This document shows positions 1-11,513 of a DNA stretch of 64,000 nt, one piece after another. The position numbers were made by a program, and so were the translations under genes. This DNA is from an uncultured Acidobacteriota bacterium. Its GTDB lineage: Bacteria; Acidobacteriota; UBA6911. Positions within the stretch are counted from its first letter, which is position 1; each line of letters begins with the position of its first letter. The notes beneath the pieces were generated by a model. That model was not told where the DNA came from, did not search any database, and was given only the letters and a program-made list of their open reading frames with translations. The stretch is from NCBI GenBank assembly GCA_963843575.1, contig CAWJKZ010000010.1, positions 192,001-256,000 of the forward strand, in the 5' to 3' direction.

Positions 1-1
1 C

Positions 2-319
2 GCCCGCGACCTGGACCGCCTGCTCTGGATCATGAAGCAGGAGTCGTTTATTCCGCACATGGTGGTCCGGGAACCGCAGCTTGACGACCCGTTGCCGGTC
101 GTCCTCGTCACCACGGAGTCAAACCCGATCGGGGCCTCCACGCTGGTCGCCGACGGACATTGCTCCCTCGAATTCGCTCTCGCCTTCGAAACGGTGCACG
201 AATTCGTCGATCGCTCCTCGCCCAAGATGCATCAGGCCTGCCGTGACCGCTATCGTGCCTACCAGTCCCGCGCCGTCTCCGTCCAATACGCTAGAGGGGA
301 CGGACCAGGACAAACATAG
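2..319 (+). CDS. holC: DNA polymerase III subunit chi, 5'-truncated by the window edge
   Basis: Frame open from base 2: ARDLDRLLWIMKQESFIPH...HEFVD...ACRDRYRAYQ matches the chi-subunit motifs LDxxLW...SFIPH and RxR(Y/W)RxY. Confidence 0.75.
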   Translation, partial: ARDLDRLLWIMKQESFIPHMVVREPQLDDPLPVVLVTTESNPIGASTLVADGHCSLEFALAFETVHEFVDRSSPKMHQACRDRYRAYQSRAVSVQYARGDGPGQT

Positions 320-608
320 CATTTTCTTATACTTAGATAGATAATCCCCTCGAAATCGGCCCTTAATCGCGATTTTCGGGGCCATTTTTCTGGTTTTAGC
401 CGGAAGGGTGGGCCGCACGCTGACGTCGGCCGACCCGCACAGCTCGGCGGCGGTCCCTCGGCGCCGGTCGGCGCACAGGTCGCGGAACGTTCTCCGCACG
501 TGGATCTTCGAGACGTCTGTCCGTGCTCGCAGTCGTGCCGTTTCTCGAATTAGGGGGCCACCGCGCGGTTCTGCTCCTTGATCTCCGGCCCGGTGTGGCC
601 GCCCGAAT

Positions 609-3096
609 TCAATAGTCCGGTTCCTTGCCTGGGTAGGGCGTGTCGAAGCCCTTGACGGAGTGCCAGATAGCACGGTTTAGCACCTGCTCGGGCGCTGCGT
701 CCGGCTCGTCGAAATCCATATTCTGGGATTCCTCGGCGAGGCGCCGTGCCAGTCCGCGGATTGCCGCCAGCGGCGGATTCATCTCGTCGAGAGGCACGCG
801 GTTGGGAAGAGCCGAATAGGGTGCGAAATCGGGGGCGGAATCGAACAGCGGAGAACATGGGTTCGGCCGCGAGGTCGAATTGATTCGACGGCGGCAAGCC
901 CAGGATCTGCTCGATTGTGCGGTACATGTTGATGGTCGTGTAGAAGGTGCTGTCTACCGTCTTGCGCCTCGCCCAGGGGCTGATCACAAGCCCGACGGTG
1001 CGGTGACCATCGACGTGGTCGAGCCCGTTCTGTGCATCGTCCTCGGTGACGAAGATCGCCGACTCCTTCCAGTATCGGCTGTGCGAGATAGCCTCGACGA
1101 GGCGACCGAGTGCGAGGTCGTTGTCGGCGACGCAGGCACGGGGCGTCGGGTAACCCGGCGCTGTCCCGTTGGTGTGGTTCTGCGGCAGCAGCATCAGGAC
1201 GAGACCGGGCAGCGTCCCGTTCTTTTCGTACTCCGCGAACTCCTTCAGGAACTCGTCGAGCCGCACCTGGTCGGGGACCTTCATGTTGAAGCCGGCGTAC
1301 CGGGGGTGGTAGATCTCGCGCAAACCGCGCACGATCGGCCGGGCTTCGATCCCGATCTTCCCGGCTCCGCTCTTCCAGTCCGCGTAGATTTCGGCCCAAC
1401 CTGCGGCCGCCGGGGTGATGGTGGCGATCCCGCGCTCTCCGTACGCGCGAGCGCCGACCCGGTGCGCCCGCGCGTTGTCCCAGAGGAAATCGGTGGGGGC
1501 CAGCAACATGGGGTTGGCGTCGTTCCGTCCGTTCCCGTACTTGTGGATCCAGTCGCTCGCATACCCCTGGGTACACCAGCGGTGGCCGAGAGCCGACTGG
1601 TCGCCCGGGGCGTAGTAGTTGTCCAGCAGCACGTACTGCTCGGCCAGCGCGTGGTGGTTCGGCGTGATCTCGCGGCCGAACTGTACCAGCTGGGGATCGC
1701 CGTTCCCCTGCGGCAAGTCGCCGAACACCTGGTCATAGGTGCGGTTCTCTTTGATGATGTAAAACACGTGCCGTATGGGGGACGGCTGCCCGGCATGCAT
1801 GGGGATCGGGTGTCCCGCGATGCCGGCCGGTGTCGCGGGCCCTTGCCGCGCGTTGTTGTTGGCCATCACTTGGCGGGTGAGCGATGCCAGGGCCGCCGGG
1901 CCTGGCAAGTCGAGCGCCGACACGACCCCGACGCGGTCGCGGTAACTGCGCCCTTTCCTGCCCTCCGCCACCGGGGCGACCGAGCCGAAACCGTAGCCGC
2001 TCGCGATGTAGATCTGCCGCTCGTCGCCGGTCAGAGCCACCGCCGTGGGGTACCAGCCGGTTGGAATGAATCCCAACACGGGGTCGCGCGTGTTTTCGGT
2101 CGACACCACCGCGACGGCGTTGTTGGCACCGTTGGCGACATAGAGGGTCTTGCCGTCCCGGCTTACGGCGAGCGCGTTCGGGGCGCTCCCGAGCGGGGCC
2201 GACTGGTAGATGCGCACGTTGAGGGTCCCCACCAACCGGTCCATCCGCGTGTCGACGACAGAGATGGAATCGCTGTTGGCGTTGGCGACATAGAGACGGT
2301 CCCCCACTGGGCTGAGGGCCATGCCGCTCGGGTGGAGTCCCACGTCGATGTGCCGCAGGACCCTGTGGGACGTGGTGTCCAGCACGGAAACGGTGCCGCT
2401 GGCCGGGATGCCTCGTTTGTCCAGGACCACCGGGAACTCGCCTTCGACCGCATCGCGCGGACCCGGCCGCCGTCCGCCCCAGTTGCTCACATAGATCTTG
2501 CGGGATACGACAACCCCGTAAGGATAGCTTCCAACCGGGATCTCGGTCACCTTGCGGGTGGCGAGATCGACCACGGCGAGCGCGTGCTTCAGGTTGAGTG
2601 CCACGTAGAGGGTGCCGCCGTCGGCGCTCAAGGCCAGCCCGCTCGGGGCCGAATCGGCTATCCCGATAGGCTCCCCTGCGCGGAACGTTCCGTCCGGCTG
2701 ACGGTGCAGGACCTTGACGTTGTTGTCGCGGCCTCCTCCCACGTAGAGCCGGTTTCCCACCGAGTCGAACGCTACGCCGACGAAGCTGTCCCCGATCGGG
2801 ATCGACTGGAAAACCGACTTCCGCGCCGTGTCGATCAGGTGCAGGCTGCGCGGACTGAAATTACTGCCGGTCGCGACCGCCAGCAACCCGCCGTCCGGGC
2901 TCATGACCATGCCCAGTGGCCGATCGCTGACTTCGATGTGAGTACCTGCCGGGGTCAAGGTCTGTCCCGTGGGGATCAGGATACTCCCGTCCGGCTGCCG
3001 GCCGACCCTGCGTGTGGTCAATACCGCGGCAGCCGCGGTGGCGAGGACCATCAGTACCACAAGGCCTCTGGTCGAGCGTCTCGGTCGCAGTGTCAT
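609..3096 (-). CDS. Secreted YVTN/YncE beta-propeller plus phosphoesterase (alkaline phosphatase superfamily) protein; apparent frameshift near 850
   Basis: Start MTLRP at 3096 after a GGGGAGA RBS. YVTN repeats (YVANANSDSISVVD), IKENRTYDQVFGD and EDDAQNGLDHVDGHR motifs. The conserved C-terminus (DFDEPDAAPEQVLNRAIWHSVKG) lies in the 609..797 frame. Confidence 0.85.
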
Positions 3097-3241
3097 GGCA
3101 TCTCCCCTGATCCTGTTGGGCCCTCCCCTGCCGCAAGGCCGCGCGTGGATCGCGAAGCAGAAAGGGCCTCGGCGGCCCACCCGGCGGGCCGGTTGCAGAT
3201 CTGGGGCGGGGTCGAGCCGCCTCCGTCCGGAGCAGCGGCGC

Positions 3242-4495
3242 TCACTCTCCTATGCAATAGACGCGGGAGTCGGTGCGATAAAAAAGGTCGTTCCCGGACA
3301 CGGCCGGGGAGGCGGTAATGCGTTCGCCCAGGCTGTTGGTGGCCAGCAACTCGAACTCCGGCCCGGCTTTGACGACGAAAGTCGTCCCGTCGTTGTTGCT
3401 CACGTAAATGCGCCCGGCGCCGGCAAGCGGGGACGAGTTGCAGGCGCCGCCCAGCCGTTGCCGGTAAAGCTCCTTCCCGGTCTTCCCGTCGAGGCACACC
3501 AGGACCCCGTTATCCATCAGCGAATACAACAATCCTTGATAGTAGACGGGCGACGGCTCCTGCGGCCCCGGCTTTTCGCTGATCCAGACGGGCTCCGGGG
3601 GCCGACCGTTGGCCATCAACCGGATGGCGTGGATCGGGCTCTGGCGCCACAACTGCAGAAACACGAGCCCGTCCCCGGAAACCGGGCTCACGATGATTTC
3701 TCCGTTGAACGGCCCTTCGCCCGAGCCGTATTTCCACAGCTCGTCGTGTGTCCGGGCGTCGAAAGCGGTAAGGCGGTTCTTCCCGGAGACCAGGATTTCG
3801 GTCTGGCCGTCGTGCGTCACCACGAGCGGCGTCGCATGGCTCGTGCCGATGGGGCGTTCCTTCTTCCAGAGTACCTCGCCGGTCCGCTTGTCGAGGCCTA
3901 TCAGAAAACATGGCCCCTTGTGATGATCCCACGGGAGCAGGACGGAATCTTCAAGGACGACGGGACTGACGCCGTACCCCCACGCCATCCTGGGATCGCC
4001 GAAGAGGCTCATATACCGCGTCACCCACGCCAGCTTGCCGTCGTGCGAGTAGCGGGCCACGTCGGAGTTCCCAAACGCGACATAGACCGCGTCACCGGTC
4101 ACGGCCGGGGTGTTTACCGCCAGATTCGACTTTTCGTGAGTCCGCTGATCGACGCCCAAGCCGAAATCGTGCCGCCACAACTCCCTCCCGCGCCGCTTGT
4201 CGAGGCAGAGGGTCAGCAGGGACTTCTTCCCGTCGCGTTCCGTCTGAGACGTGACAAACAGCCGGCTGCCGTAGACGACGGGCGAACTGGTGCCCCACCC
4301 GGGCAACTGCGTCGACCACCGGATGTTTTTGTTCCCACCCCATCTGAGGGGGAGGTTACTCACCTCGGCAACCCCATCGGCCTTTGTTCCCCTCCAGCGG
4401 GGCCAGTCGGTCTGAGAGTCCCCAGCGGGCGGTACGGCGTCTGCCAGCAGCGCTGCGGTAAACACGACAATAAGAATCATCTGCACACGTTTCAT
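3242..4495 (-). CDS. PQQ-binding-like (BamB-type) beta-propeller repeat protein
   Basis: Signal peptide, DWPRWRG, repeated SSPVV / LDKRTGEVLW units, C-terminal ITASPAVSGNDLFYRT. Confidence 0.85.
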   Translation of the reverse strand: MKRVQMILIVVFTAALLADAVPPAGDSQTDWPRWRGTKADGVAEVSNLPLRWGGNKNIRWSTQLPGWGTSSPVVYGSRLFVTSQTERDGKKSLLTLCLDKRRGRELWRHDFGLGVDQRTHEKSNLAVNTPAVTGDAVYVAFGNSDVARYSHDGKLAWVTRYMSLFGDPRMAWGYGVSPVVLEDSVLLPWDHHKGPCFLIGLDKRTGEVLWKKERPIGTSHATPLVVTHDGQTEILVSGKNRLTAFDARTHDELWKYGSGEGPFNGEIIVSPVSGDGLVFLQLWRQSPIHAIRLMANGRPPEPVWISEKPGPQEPSPVYYQGLLYSLMDNGVLVCLDGKTGKELYRQRLGGACNSSPLAGAGRIYVSNNDGTTFVVKAGPEFELLATNSLGERITASPAVSGNDLFYRTDSRVYCIGE

Positions 4496-4603
4496 GAAAA
4501 CCTGCCGTCGTCAGTCCTTGGGAATGTACCTGTTTCCGCAGCCGAAAATATCACGATTCGGCGCAGCGCAGGCGCACATTGCACGAACTTCAGTCGGGGC
4601 TGC

Positions 4604-4618
4604 TGGTACTATAGCGGG
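4604..4618 (+). promoter_or_regulatory. Extended -10 promoter (TG-G-TACTAT), probably leaderless
   Basis: TACTAT at 4607-4612 is 6 nt upstream of the GTG start at 4619; no Shine-Dalgarno. Confidence 0.5.
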
Positions 4619-5914
4619 GTGGACGACAAAGCCCTGGCCGGCAGGCTCCCCCTGCTGTTCTACTATCACCGGCTGAACCGCTACAGCTTCAACGCCCTGG
4701 GAGGCGCGCTGGACGCCGATGCCGAACTGGCCGACCTCCCCGCAGCCCTGGCCAGGACGCCGGAAGAGTTGTTCGCGGCGGCGGCGGAGATCTTGAGCCG
4801 CAACGATCGCGTGATCGTCGCGTTCTCCGTCCTGACCTCCCGGGCCATGGAAACCCGGGACCTTCTCCGCCGGCTGCGCTCCCGGCACAAGTCCCGCGTG
4901 ATCGCGCTTGCCGGCGGGCCGCACGCCATCGCCGACCCCCGCGCCATGCTCGAGGACGGGATGGACATCGTGTTCCGCGGCGAGGCGGAGGAGATCTTCC
5001 CCCTCGCGCTCAAGCGCATCGCGGAGGAGCTAAACCCCGGAGAGATCCCCGGACTCGCCTGGCGGCGCGAGGACGAGCTTGTGGTCAACGGTCGTGCCGC
5101 GCCCGTCAACATCGACGCATCGGCCTCGATCTCGCCGAAGCGGCACATGATCGGGCCGATCGAAATCACCCGCGGGTGTCCCTTCGCGTGCAGCTTCTGC
5201 CAGACGTCACACATCTTCGGCGTGCGGCCGCGCCATCGCAGCATCGAAAACATAGTGCGTCAGGCGGCGGTCATCGGTTCGAAACACAGGAAGGTCGTGA
5301 GGCTGCTTTCCCCCAACGCCTTCTCCTACGGTTCTCCCGACGGCCGGCAGCTGAACCTCACCGCGGTACGCGAGCTGCTGCATGCCGTACGGCAGACCGT
5401 CGGCGCCGCCGGCCGGATCGTCTTCGGGTACTTCCCCTCGGAGGTAAGGCCCGAACACGTGCTCCCCGAAACCCTCGAACTGCTCCGAACCTTCGCCGAC
5501 AACGACGAGATCGTCATCGGCGCGCAATCGGGGAGCGCGCACATGCTTGAGGTCTGCCGTCGCTCCCACACGGTGGAGGACGTATTGACGGCGGTCGCGC
5601 GGGCGCGCAAGTCCGGATTCAAAGTCATCGTCGATTTTATCTTCGGCCTGCCCGGGGAAACCGACGACGACGTGCGCGACACGCTCGAGGTCATGGCGGC
5701 GTTGAGCCGGCTCGGAGCCCGCGTCCATCCGCATGTGTTCGCCCCGTTGCCGCAAACCGCCTTCGCCGGGGAGACTCCCGGCGCCATCTCGCCCGAGGTC
5801 ATCAGGACACTCGCGCTGCTCAATGAACGGGGCGCAACATACGGGGACTGTATCGGACGGCCGGGAATGACCGACTGCGACAGGCCCGCACACGCCGCCT
5901 CTTCTGATCTATAA
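4619..5914 (+). CDS. B12-binding domain / radical SAM protein (TIGR04013/MJ1487-like)
   Basis: C-terminal part of ORF 2969..5914: NRYSFNALGGAL, AGGPHA, IEITRGCPFACSFCQT (CxxxCxxC), FPSEVRPE, IGAQSGS, VDFIFGLPGE. Confidence 0.85.
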   Translation: MDDKALAGRLPLLFYYHRLNRYSFNALGGALDADAELADLPAALARTPEELFAAAAEILSRNDRVIVAFSVLTSRAMETRDLLRRLRSRHKSRVIALAGGPHAIADPRAMLEDGMDIVFRGEAEEIFPLALKRIAEELNPGEIPGLAWRREDELVVNGRAAPVNIDASASISPKRHMIGPIEITRGCPFACSFCQTSHIFGVRPRHRSIENIVRQAAVIGSKHRKVVRLLSPNAFSYGSPDGRQLNLTAVRELLHAVRQTVGAAGRIVFGYFPSEVRPEHVLPETLELLRTFADNDEIVIGAQSGSAHMLEVCRRSHTVEDVLTAVARARKSGFKVIVDFIFGLPGETDDDVRDTLEVMAALSRLGARVHPHVFAPLPQTAFAGETPGAISPEVIRTLALLNERGATYGDCIGRPGMTDCDRPAHAASSDL

Positions 5915-5945
5915 TGCCGCATCCCGAATTCCGGAGGAGGATGCT

Positions 5946-8711
5946 ATGCGCGTTCCGTTCATCACGGCAGCTGGGTTGCTGATCGCTTCTGTGTCGCTGG
6001 CCTTCGTGGGCACCTCGGCGGGCGCAACGGTCTCGGCCGTTACCAACATGAGATGCGAATACAAGGCAAATCCCGTGGGGATCGACGTCCTGCAGCCACG
6101 GTTGAGCTGGCAACTGAGCGCCACGGACCGGGGGGTGGCCCAGAGTGCGTACCAGATCCGCGTGGCTGAGAATGCGGAGGTGCTCTCAGGGACTCCTCTG
6201 TGGGATACCGGCAGGATCCAGTCGGACGCTTCCCATCTGGTGGCGTATCGCGGGCCTGCGCTGCAGAGTGGGAAACGCTATTACTGGCAGGTGCGCGCCT
6301 GGACGGGCGGCGACCAGCCGGGCCCGTGGAGCGGCGCGGCGTTTTGGGAAATGGGTCTTCTGAACCCCTCGGATTGGAAAGCGTCCTGGATCCAGCCGGC
6401 CCTCGAAGAGGATCCCCGTAAGTCCGGCCCCGCGGCGGTATTGCGCAAGGAGTTCGACGTGACCGCGCCGATCCGGGCCGCTCGTGCCTACGTCACTTGC
6501 CTCGGGCTCTACGAAATGGAGTTGAACGGTCGCCGGGTCGGGGACCAGCTCTTCACGCCGGGGTGGACGGCATACGATACCCGCCTTCAGTACCAGACCT
6601 TCGACATCACCAGCGCCCTGAAGCAGGGCCGAAATGCCATCGGCGTGACGCTCGGCGACGGCTGGTATCGGGGGAACCTTGCGTTCCAGGGACAGCGCAA
6701 CACCTATGGGGAACAGACTGCGCTCCTGATGCAGATTCAGCTCACGTACGCCGACGGACGCACGGCCGTCGTGACCACGGACGGGAGTTGGAAGGCTGCT
6801 ACGGGACCCATCCTGGCCTCCGATATCTATAACGGCGAACTGTACGACGCGCGGCTGGAAATACCGGGATGGAGCAGCGCCGGTTTCTCGGACCAAAACT
6901 GGCGTCCCGTCCGTGTTGCCGAACCCCCGAAGGCGACGCTGGTCGCTCCCGCGGGCCCGCCAGTCCGGAAAATAGAGGAGATCAAGCCGGTCAGGGTATT
7001 CCGAACACCCGCGGGCGAAACCGTCGTCGACATGGGCCAGAACCTCGTCGGATGGGTACGGTTGAGGGTAAACGGGCCCGCCGGAACCAGGGTCACGCTG
7101 CGCCACACCGAGGTCCTCGACAAGGCGGGCAACTTCTACACCGAGAACTTGCGCGCGGCCAGGCAGACGGACACCTACGTCCTCAAGGGGGGCGGCACGG
7201 AAGTCTTCGAGCCCCACTTCACCTTCCACGGATTCCGCTTTGTGGCGGTGGACGGATTCCCGGGGGATTTGGCGACGGGCGACCTGACCGGCGCGGTCAT
7301 CCACTCGGACATGCGCCCTACGGGTACGTTTGAGTGTTCGAACGCGCTGATCAACCAGCTCCAGCACAACATCCAGTGGGGGCAGAAAGGCAACTTCCTG
7401 GACGTGCCGACGGACTGCCCGCAGCGCGACGAGCGCCTCGGTTGGACGGGCGACGCCCAGGCCTTCGCCCGCACCGCCGCGTTCAATTTTGACGCGGCCG
7501 GCTTCTACACAAAGTGGCTGCGGGATCTGGCCGCCGACCAGAAGGCCACCGGAGCCGTCCCGCACGTCATTCCCAACGTCCTCGACCGCAAAAACCCGGA
7601 AGCCAGCGCCGCGTCGGCGGGGTGGGCCGATGCGGCCGTGGTCGTCCCGTGGACCGTCTATCTCGTCTACGGCGACACCCGCATCCTCGAACAGCAGTAT
7701 CCGAGCATGAAGGCCTGGGTCGACTACATGACGCATCGCGCAGGTCCCGGCCTGCTCTGGAACACCGACTTCACTTATGGCGACTGGCTCGCGTTCGCAA
7801 CGACCCGCTCCGACTACCCTGGGGCGACGACCGACAAGGACCTGGTCTGCCAGGCGTACTTTGCCCGGTCGACGGACCTGTTGCAGCGCACGGCCACGAT
7901 CCTGGGGAAAACCGACGACGCCAACCGGTATGCCGACCTGCTGGCCAGAATAAAGAAAGTCTTCCTGGACGAGTTCGTGACCTCGAACGGACGTTTGGCG
8001 TCCAACACCCAGACCGCCTATGCGCTCGCGCTCGGCTTCGACATTCTCCCGGAAGCGATGCGCGCGGGGGCGGCGCGGCGCTTCGCGGAAAATGTGCGCA
8101 CCTTCAAGCACCTCACCACCGGATTCCTCGGAACGCCGCTGCTCTGTCAGGTTCTGGCGGACTTCGGGTACTGGGACGAGGCGTTCCTGCTTCTCAACCG
8201 CAAGGAATACCCTTCGTGGCTTTACCCGGTCACCCAGGGGGCTACCACTATCTGGGAGCGCTGGGACGGGCAGAAGCCCGACGGGAGCTTCCAGGACAAG
8301 GGGATGAACTCCTTCAACCACTATGCCTATGGCGCCATCGGCGAGTGGCTGTACAAGGCCGTGGCCGGCATCGAGATCGACCCGCAGCAGCCCGCGTACA
8401 AACACGTCCTCTTCCGCCCACATCCCGGAGGCGGGCTTGATCATGCCAAGGCCACCCTGGAAACAGTCTATGGAACAGTGTCCTCCGACTGGAAGATAGC
8501 CGGCGGGCAGTTCACGCTGGCGCTCGAACTGCCGCCCAATACCAGCGCCTCGGTGCGGCTGCCCGGGGCCCGCCTGTCCCAGGTCAGGGAGAGCGGGCGC
8601 CCGCTCACGTCGGGCAACGGCCTATCGGACGTCGCGGATGGAGGAGACGCCGTGACCGTGCGGATCAGCTCCGGCAAGTACTTGTTCGAGTACCCCTGGC
8701 CAACTCAATAG
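5946..8711 (+). CDS. Alpha-L-rhamnosidase (GH78), secreted
   Basis: GGAGG RBS, signal peptide, PTDCPQRDERLGWTGD, GATTIWERWD, MNSFNHYAYG. Confidence 0.92.
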   Translation: MRVPFITAAGLLIASVSLAFVGTSAGATVSAVTNMRCEYKANPVGIDVLQPRLSWQLSATDRGVAQSAYQIRVAENAEVLSGTPLWDTGRIQSDASHLVAYRGPALQSGKRYYWQVRAWTGGDQPGPWSGAAFWEMGLLNPSDWKASWIQPALEEDPRKSGPAAVLRKEFDVTAPIRAARAYVTCLGLYEMELNGRRVGDQLFTPGWTAYDTRLQYQTFDITSALKQGRNAIGVTLGDGWYRGNLAFQGQRNTYGEQTALLMQIQLTYADGRTAVVTTDGSWKAATGPILASDIYNGELYDARLEIPGWSSAGFSDQNWRPVRVAEPPKATLVAPAGPPVRKIEEIKPVRVFRTPAGETVVDMGQNLVGWVRLRVNGPAGTRVTLRHTEVLDKAGNFYTENLRAARQTDTYVLKGGGTEVFEPHFTFHGFRFVAVDGFPGDLATGDLTGAVIHSDMRPTGTFECSNALINQLQHNIQWGQKGNFLDVPTDCPQRDERLGWTGDAQAFARTAAFNFDAAGFYTKWLRDLAADQKATGAVPHVIPNVLDRKNPEASAASAGWADAAVVVPWTVYLVYGDTRILEQQYPSMKAWVDYMTHRAGPGLLWNTDFTYGDWLAFATTRSDYPGATTDKDLVCQAYFARSTDLLQRTATILGKTDDANRYADLLARIKKVFLDEFVTSNGRLASNTQTAYALALGFDILPEAMRAGAARRFAENVRTFKHLTTGFLGTPLLCQVLADFGYWDEAFLLLNRKEYPSWLYPVTQGATTIWERWDGQKPDGSFQDKGMNSFNHYAYGAIGEWLYKAVAGIEIDPQQPAYKHVLFRPHPGGGLDHAKATLETVYGTVSSDWKIAGGQFTLALELPPNTSASVRLPGARLSQVRESGRPLTSGNGLSDVADGGDAVTVRISSGKYLFEYPWPTQ

Positions 8712-8786
8712 CGGTCGCAAAACACTTGCTCTTGCGGCGGCCGGGTGCTGCCGCGAGGCTGAAGTGGCGTCGCTTGCTTGCCATCA

Positions 8787-8864
8787 GGCGTGGCGCCGAG
8801 GCGCCGAGCATTTTGGCCGTAGGACAAGAGCGCAAAGCGGCGCCGAGGCGCCGCACTCCAGATT
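8787..8864 (+). repeat. REP/MITE family element, copy A (right half)
   Basis: ggcgtggcgccgaggcgccgagcatt...gccgtaggac...aaagcggcgccgaggcgccgcactccagatt shared with the 18.8 kb and 59.2 kb copies; between convergent genes. Confidence 0.85.
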
Positions 8865-11394
8865 ACTCGTAGCGCAGCGCGACGATGGGATCGACTTGCG
8901 TGGCGCGGCGGGCGGGAATCACGCTTGCCAGCAAGGCCACGGCGACGAGCACCAGTGTCCCGGCAACAATCGTCAGGGGGTCCTGCGCGCCCACCCCGTA
9001 CAGGAGCGACCTGACCAGCCGGGTCGTTGCCAGGGCGGCGGGGATCCCGATCACGGCGCCGATGCCCACCAGGAGCGCTGCATCCCTCAAAATCAGCTTC
9101 AGCACGGCAGCGCGCTGCGCGCCAAGCGCCACACGGATGCCGATTTCGCGCGTCCTGCGGGCAACCGAATAGGAGATGACGCCGTACAGCCCCACGCCCG
9201 CCAGGAGCAGGGCCAGTAGCCCGAAAAAGCCCGACAGCGTGGCGATAAGCCGGTCCTCGAGGATGTTGTCGTCGATCTGCTTCTGCATCGTCCCCGAGCC
9301 GGTTACGGGAATCGCCGGGTCGATAGCGGCCACCAGGCGTCTCACCGCCTCGACGGTCTCCGGCGCCTCTCGTGTCGTGCGGAGGCAGACGGTGCGGGAG
9401 GCCCAGGTCGCGCGCCAGGTCGGCACGTACGCCATTGGGACGAGCGGGTCTCGCAGGTTGAAGTAGCGCGCGTCCTTGACGACGCCGATCACCTCGTAGG
9501 CGCGCGCCGGATCGTATTTCTCCGACAGCGACACGTGCAGCCCGATCGGGTTGCGCCCGCTGAAGAACCGCCGCGCCATGCTTTCGTTGATGATCATGTA
9601 GCGCGGGCCCGGCGGCTCCGGGGGTTCGACACCGGGGGTCAACTCTTCCGGCGGCTCGGGATAATAGGTGGGGTTGTCCTGTTCGCGGAAATCGCGGCCG
9701 AGCACCAGCGGAATCCCCATGGTCTCGAAAAAGCGGTGCGACACGGCGTTCATGTCGAGATACTTCACGTCGGAAGGCTGAAACTGGTAGCCCTCGACGT
9801 TAAAATCCCCGTTCCACTGCATCCCGCCCAGGGGAGTAATGGCCGCGAGGCTGGCGGAAACGACGCCCGGCAGCGCCTCGGCCTGCGTGCGCATCCGGTC
9901 GTAGAACTCGCGCAGGCGCTGCCCCTTGTAACCGTTCCGGCTCGGGTCCACCGAGATGACCAGCGTGTTTTCGGGACGGAAGCCGGGGTCGAGGTCGCGG
10001 AGCTTGCCGAGGCTGCGGACAAAGAGCCCCGCCGTGATGAGCAGCAGGATCGAGAGCGCGACCTGAAGCACGACCAGCGCATTGCGCAGCGTGAGCCAGG
10101 AAGCGCCGCCGGTGCGCGAGATCTCGTCTTTCAGGGCCGCGACGAGGTCGGGTCGGGTTGCGCGCAGCGCAGGGACCAGGCCGAAGAGAACACCGGTGAG
10201 GATTGACACGGCAGCCGTAAAGCCGAGCAGGCGCAGGTCCGGGGAAACCGCGATCGCCTCGCGCGCCAATTCCCCTTCGGGGGCGAATCCGAGCAGCGCC
10301 TTGACCCCCAAACACGACAGCCCGAGCCCGGCAGCCCCGCCCGCCAGCGCGATGAGGACGCTCTCGCTGAGCAGCTGGCCCGTGAGCCGCGCCCGCGTTG
10401 CCCCGACCGCGAGCCGCACCGCCATCTCGCGCCGACGTGCTGCCCCGCGCGCCAGCATCAGGTTGGCCACGTTCGCGCACGCGATCAGGAGCACCAGCCC
10501 GACGACCGACATCAGCACGATCAGCGGCTTTTCCAGCCGGCTCCGCATGTAGGAGTACCCGCGGGCACCCGGCTGCAGCCGGATCGGCTCCGCATGGCTG
10601 ACAAACCGCTGGTCGCGGGTCGTCCGCCGCTCGGTTTCTTCCTGCGCGTGGAGAATGTTGAACAGTTCGACTTCCGCCTGGCTGATACTCGACCCCGGCT
10701 TCAGGCGCCCGATCGTCTGGAGCCACCACCAGTGACGGTTGTTCCAGCGTTTGAATGGCTCACCGGAGACCTCGCCGAACATGAGAATCGGGATGAACAG
10801 GTGAGGTGCAGCCGTGGGGTCGGCCCCCCGGAACCCGCGGCGTGCAACCCCCACGACGCTGAACGGGTAGCCGTTCAGACGGAACGTGCGTCCGATGACG
10901 CGCGGGTCCGAGCCGAACCGCGCCTGCCAGTAGTCGTGGCTCAGGACTGCATATGGCGCCGCGCTCGGGATGCGGTCGTCCTCCGGATTGAGGACGCGGC
11001 CCAGTCGAGGCCCGACCCCAAGCACCTCGAAGTAGTTGCCCGACACCATCGCGACCCGCACGATCTCGGGCGGCGTCGACGGGTCCGCTTCGGCCGGCTG
11101 CATCCCAACCGGAGTCGAACCGCCGCCGCAGGCCGCCAGCGCGAGACTCCGGCTCCCATCCCGGAACGCGATGTAATCGGGGTAGTTCCACGACGACCTC
11201 TCTTGGCCGGCCACAACCCGGTACAGTTCCTGCGGCGACTTCACCGGCAGCCTTCTCAACAGCAGCGTGTCGATGATTGAAAAAATCGCGGTGTTGGCGC
11301 CGATGCCGAGGGCAAGCGACAGGATCGCAATCGCCGAGGCGCCCGGCGTCTTCAATACCATACGCACCGAGTAGCGGAAATCGCCCCAGTTCAC
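8863..11394 (-). CDS. ABC transporter permease, ADOP (acidobacterial duplicated orphan permease) family
   Basis: GTG start after GGAGG; [39 protein letters not shown], terminal [10 protein letters not shown]. Confidence 0.92.
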   Translation of the reverse strand: MNWGDFRYSVRMVLKTPGASAIAILSLALGIGANTAIFSIIDTLLLRRLPVKSPQELYRVVAGQERSSWNYPDYIAFRDGSRSLALAACGGGSTPVGMQPAEADPSTPPEIVRVAMVSGNYFEVLGVGPRLGRVLNPEDDRIPSAAPYAVLSHDYWQARFGSDPRVIGRTFRLNGYPFSVVGVARRGFRGADPTAAPHLFIPILMFGEVSGEPFKRWNNRHWWWLQTIGRLKPGSSISQAEVELFNILHAQEETERRTTRDQRFVSHAEPIRLQPGARGYSYMRSRLEKPLIVLMSVVGLVLLIACANVANLMLARGAARRREMAVRLAVGATRARLTGQLLSESVLIALAGGAAGLGLSCLGVKALLGFAPEGELAREAIAVSPDLRLLGFTAAVSILTGVLFGLVPALRATRPDLVAALKDEISRTGGASWLTLRNALVVLQVALSILLLITAGLFVRSLGKLRDLDPGFRPENTLVISVDPSRNGYKGQRLREFYDRMRTQAEALPGVVSASLAAITPLGGMQWNGDFNVEGYQFQPSDVKYLDMNAVSHRFFETMGIPLVLGRDFREQDNPTYYPEPPEELTPGVEPPEPPGPRYMIINESMARRFFSGRNPIGLHVSLSEKYDPARAYEVIGVVKDARYFNLRDPLVPMAYVPTWRATWASRTVCLRTTREAPETVEAVRRLVAAIDPAIPVTGSGTMQKQIDDNILEDRLIATLSGFFGLLALLLAGVGLYGVISYSVARRTREIGIRVALGAQRAAVLKLILRDAALLVGIGAVIGIPAALATTRLVRSLLYGVGAQDPLTIVAGTLVLVAVALLASVIPARRATQVDPIVALRYE

Positions 11395-11513
11395 AACGCC
11401 CTCCCATCCTGTTCCGTTGGACGTTCGCCCCGCCTGATTGGCCGAGGACGATTTGACCCGTGGGCCCGGCTTTCCGTGGCAAAGCTGCGGGTTTTCCGTT
11501 AGCCTAGCATGCC

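Noticed and set aside
321-350. AT-rich patch as a dif or attachment site
   Set aside because: No match to the XerC/XerD arm consensus and no integrase nearby.
880-3318. Long antisense ORFs (812 aa here; also 6186..8444, 40624..42759, 48532..50106, 61807..63639)
   Set aside because: Shadow frames of real genes, expected in high-GC DNA; no recognisable motifs.
2969-5914. 981-aa ORF suggesting a large radical SAM fusion
   Set aside because: The first 550 codons are antisense to the PQQ-propeller gene; the real gene starts at GTG 4619.
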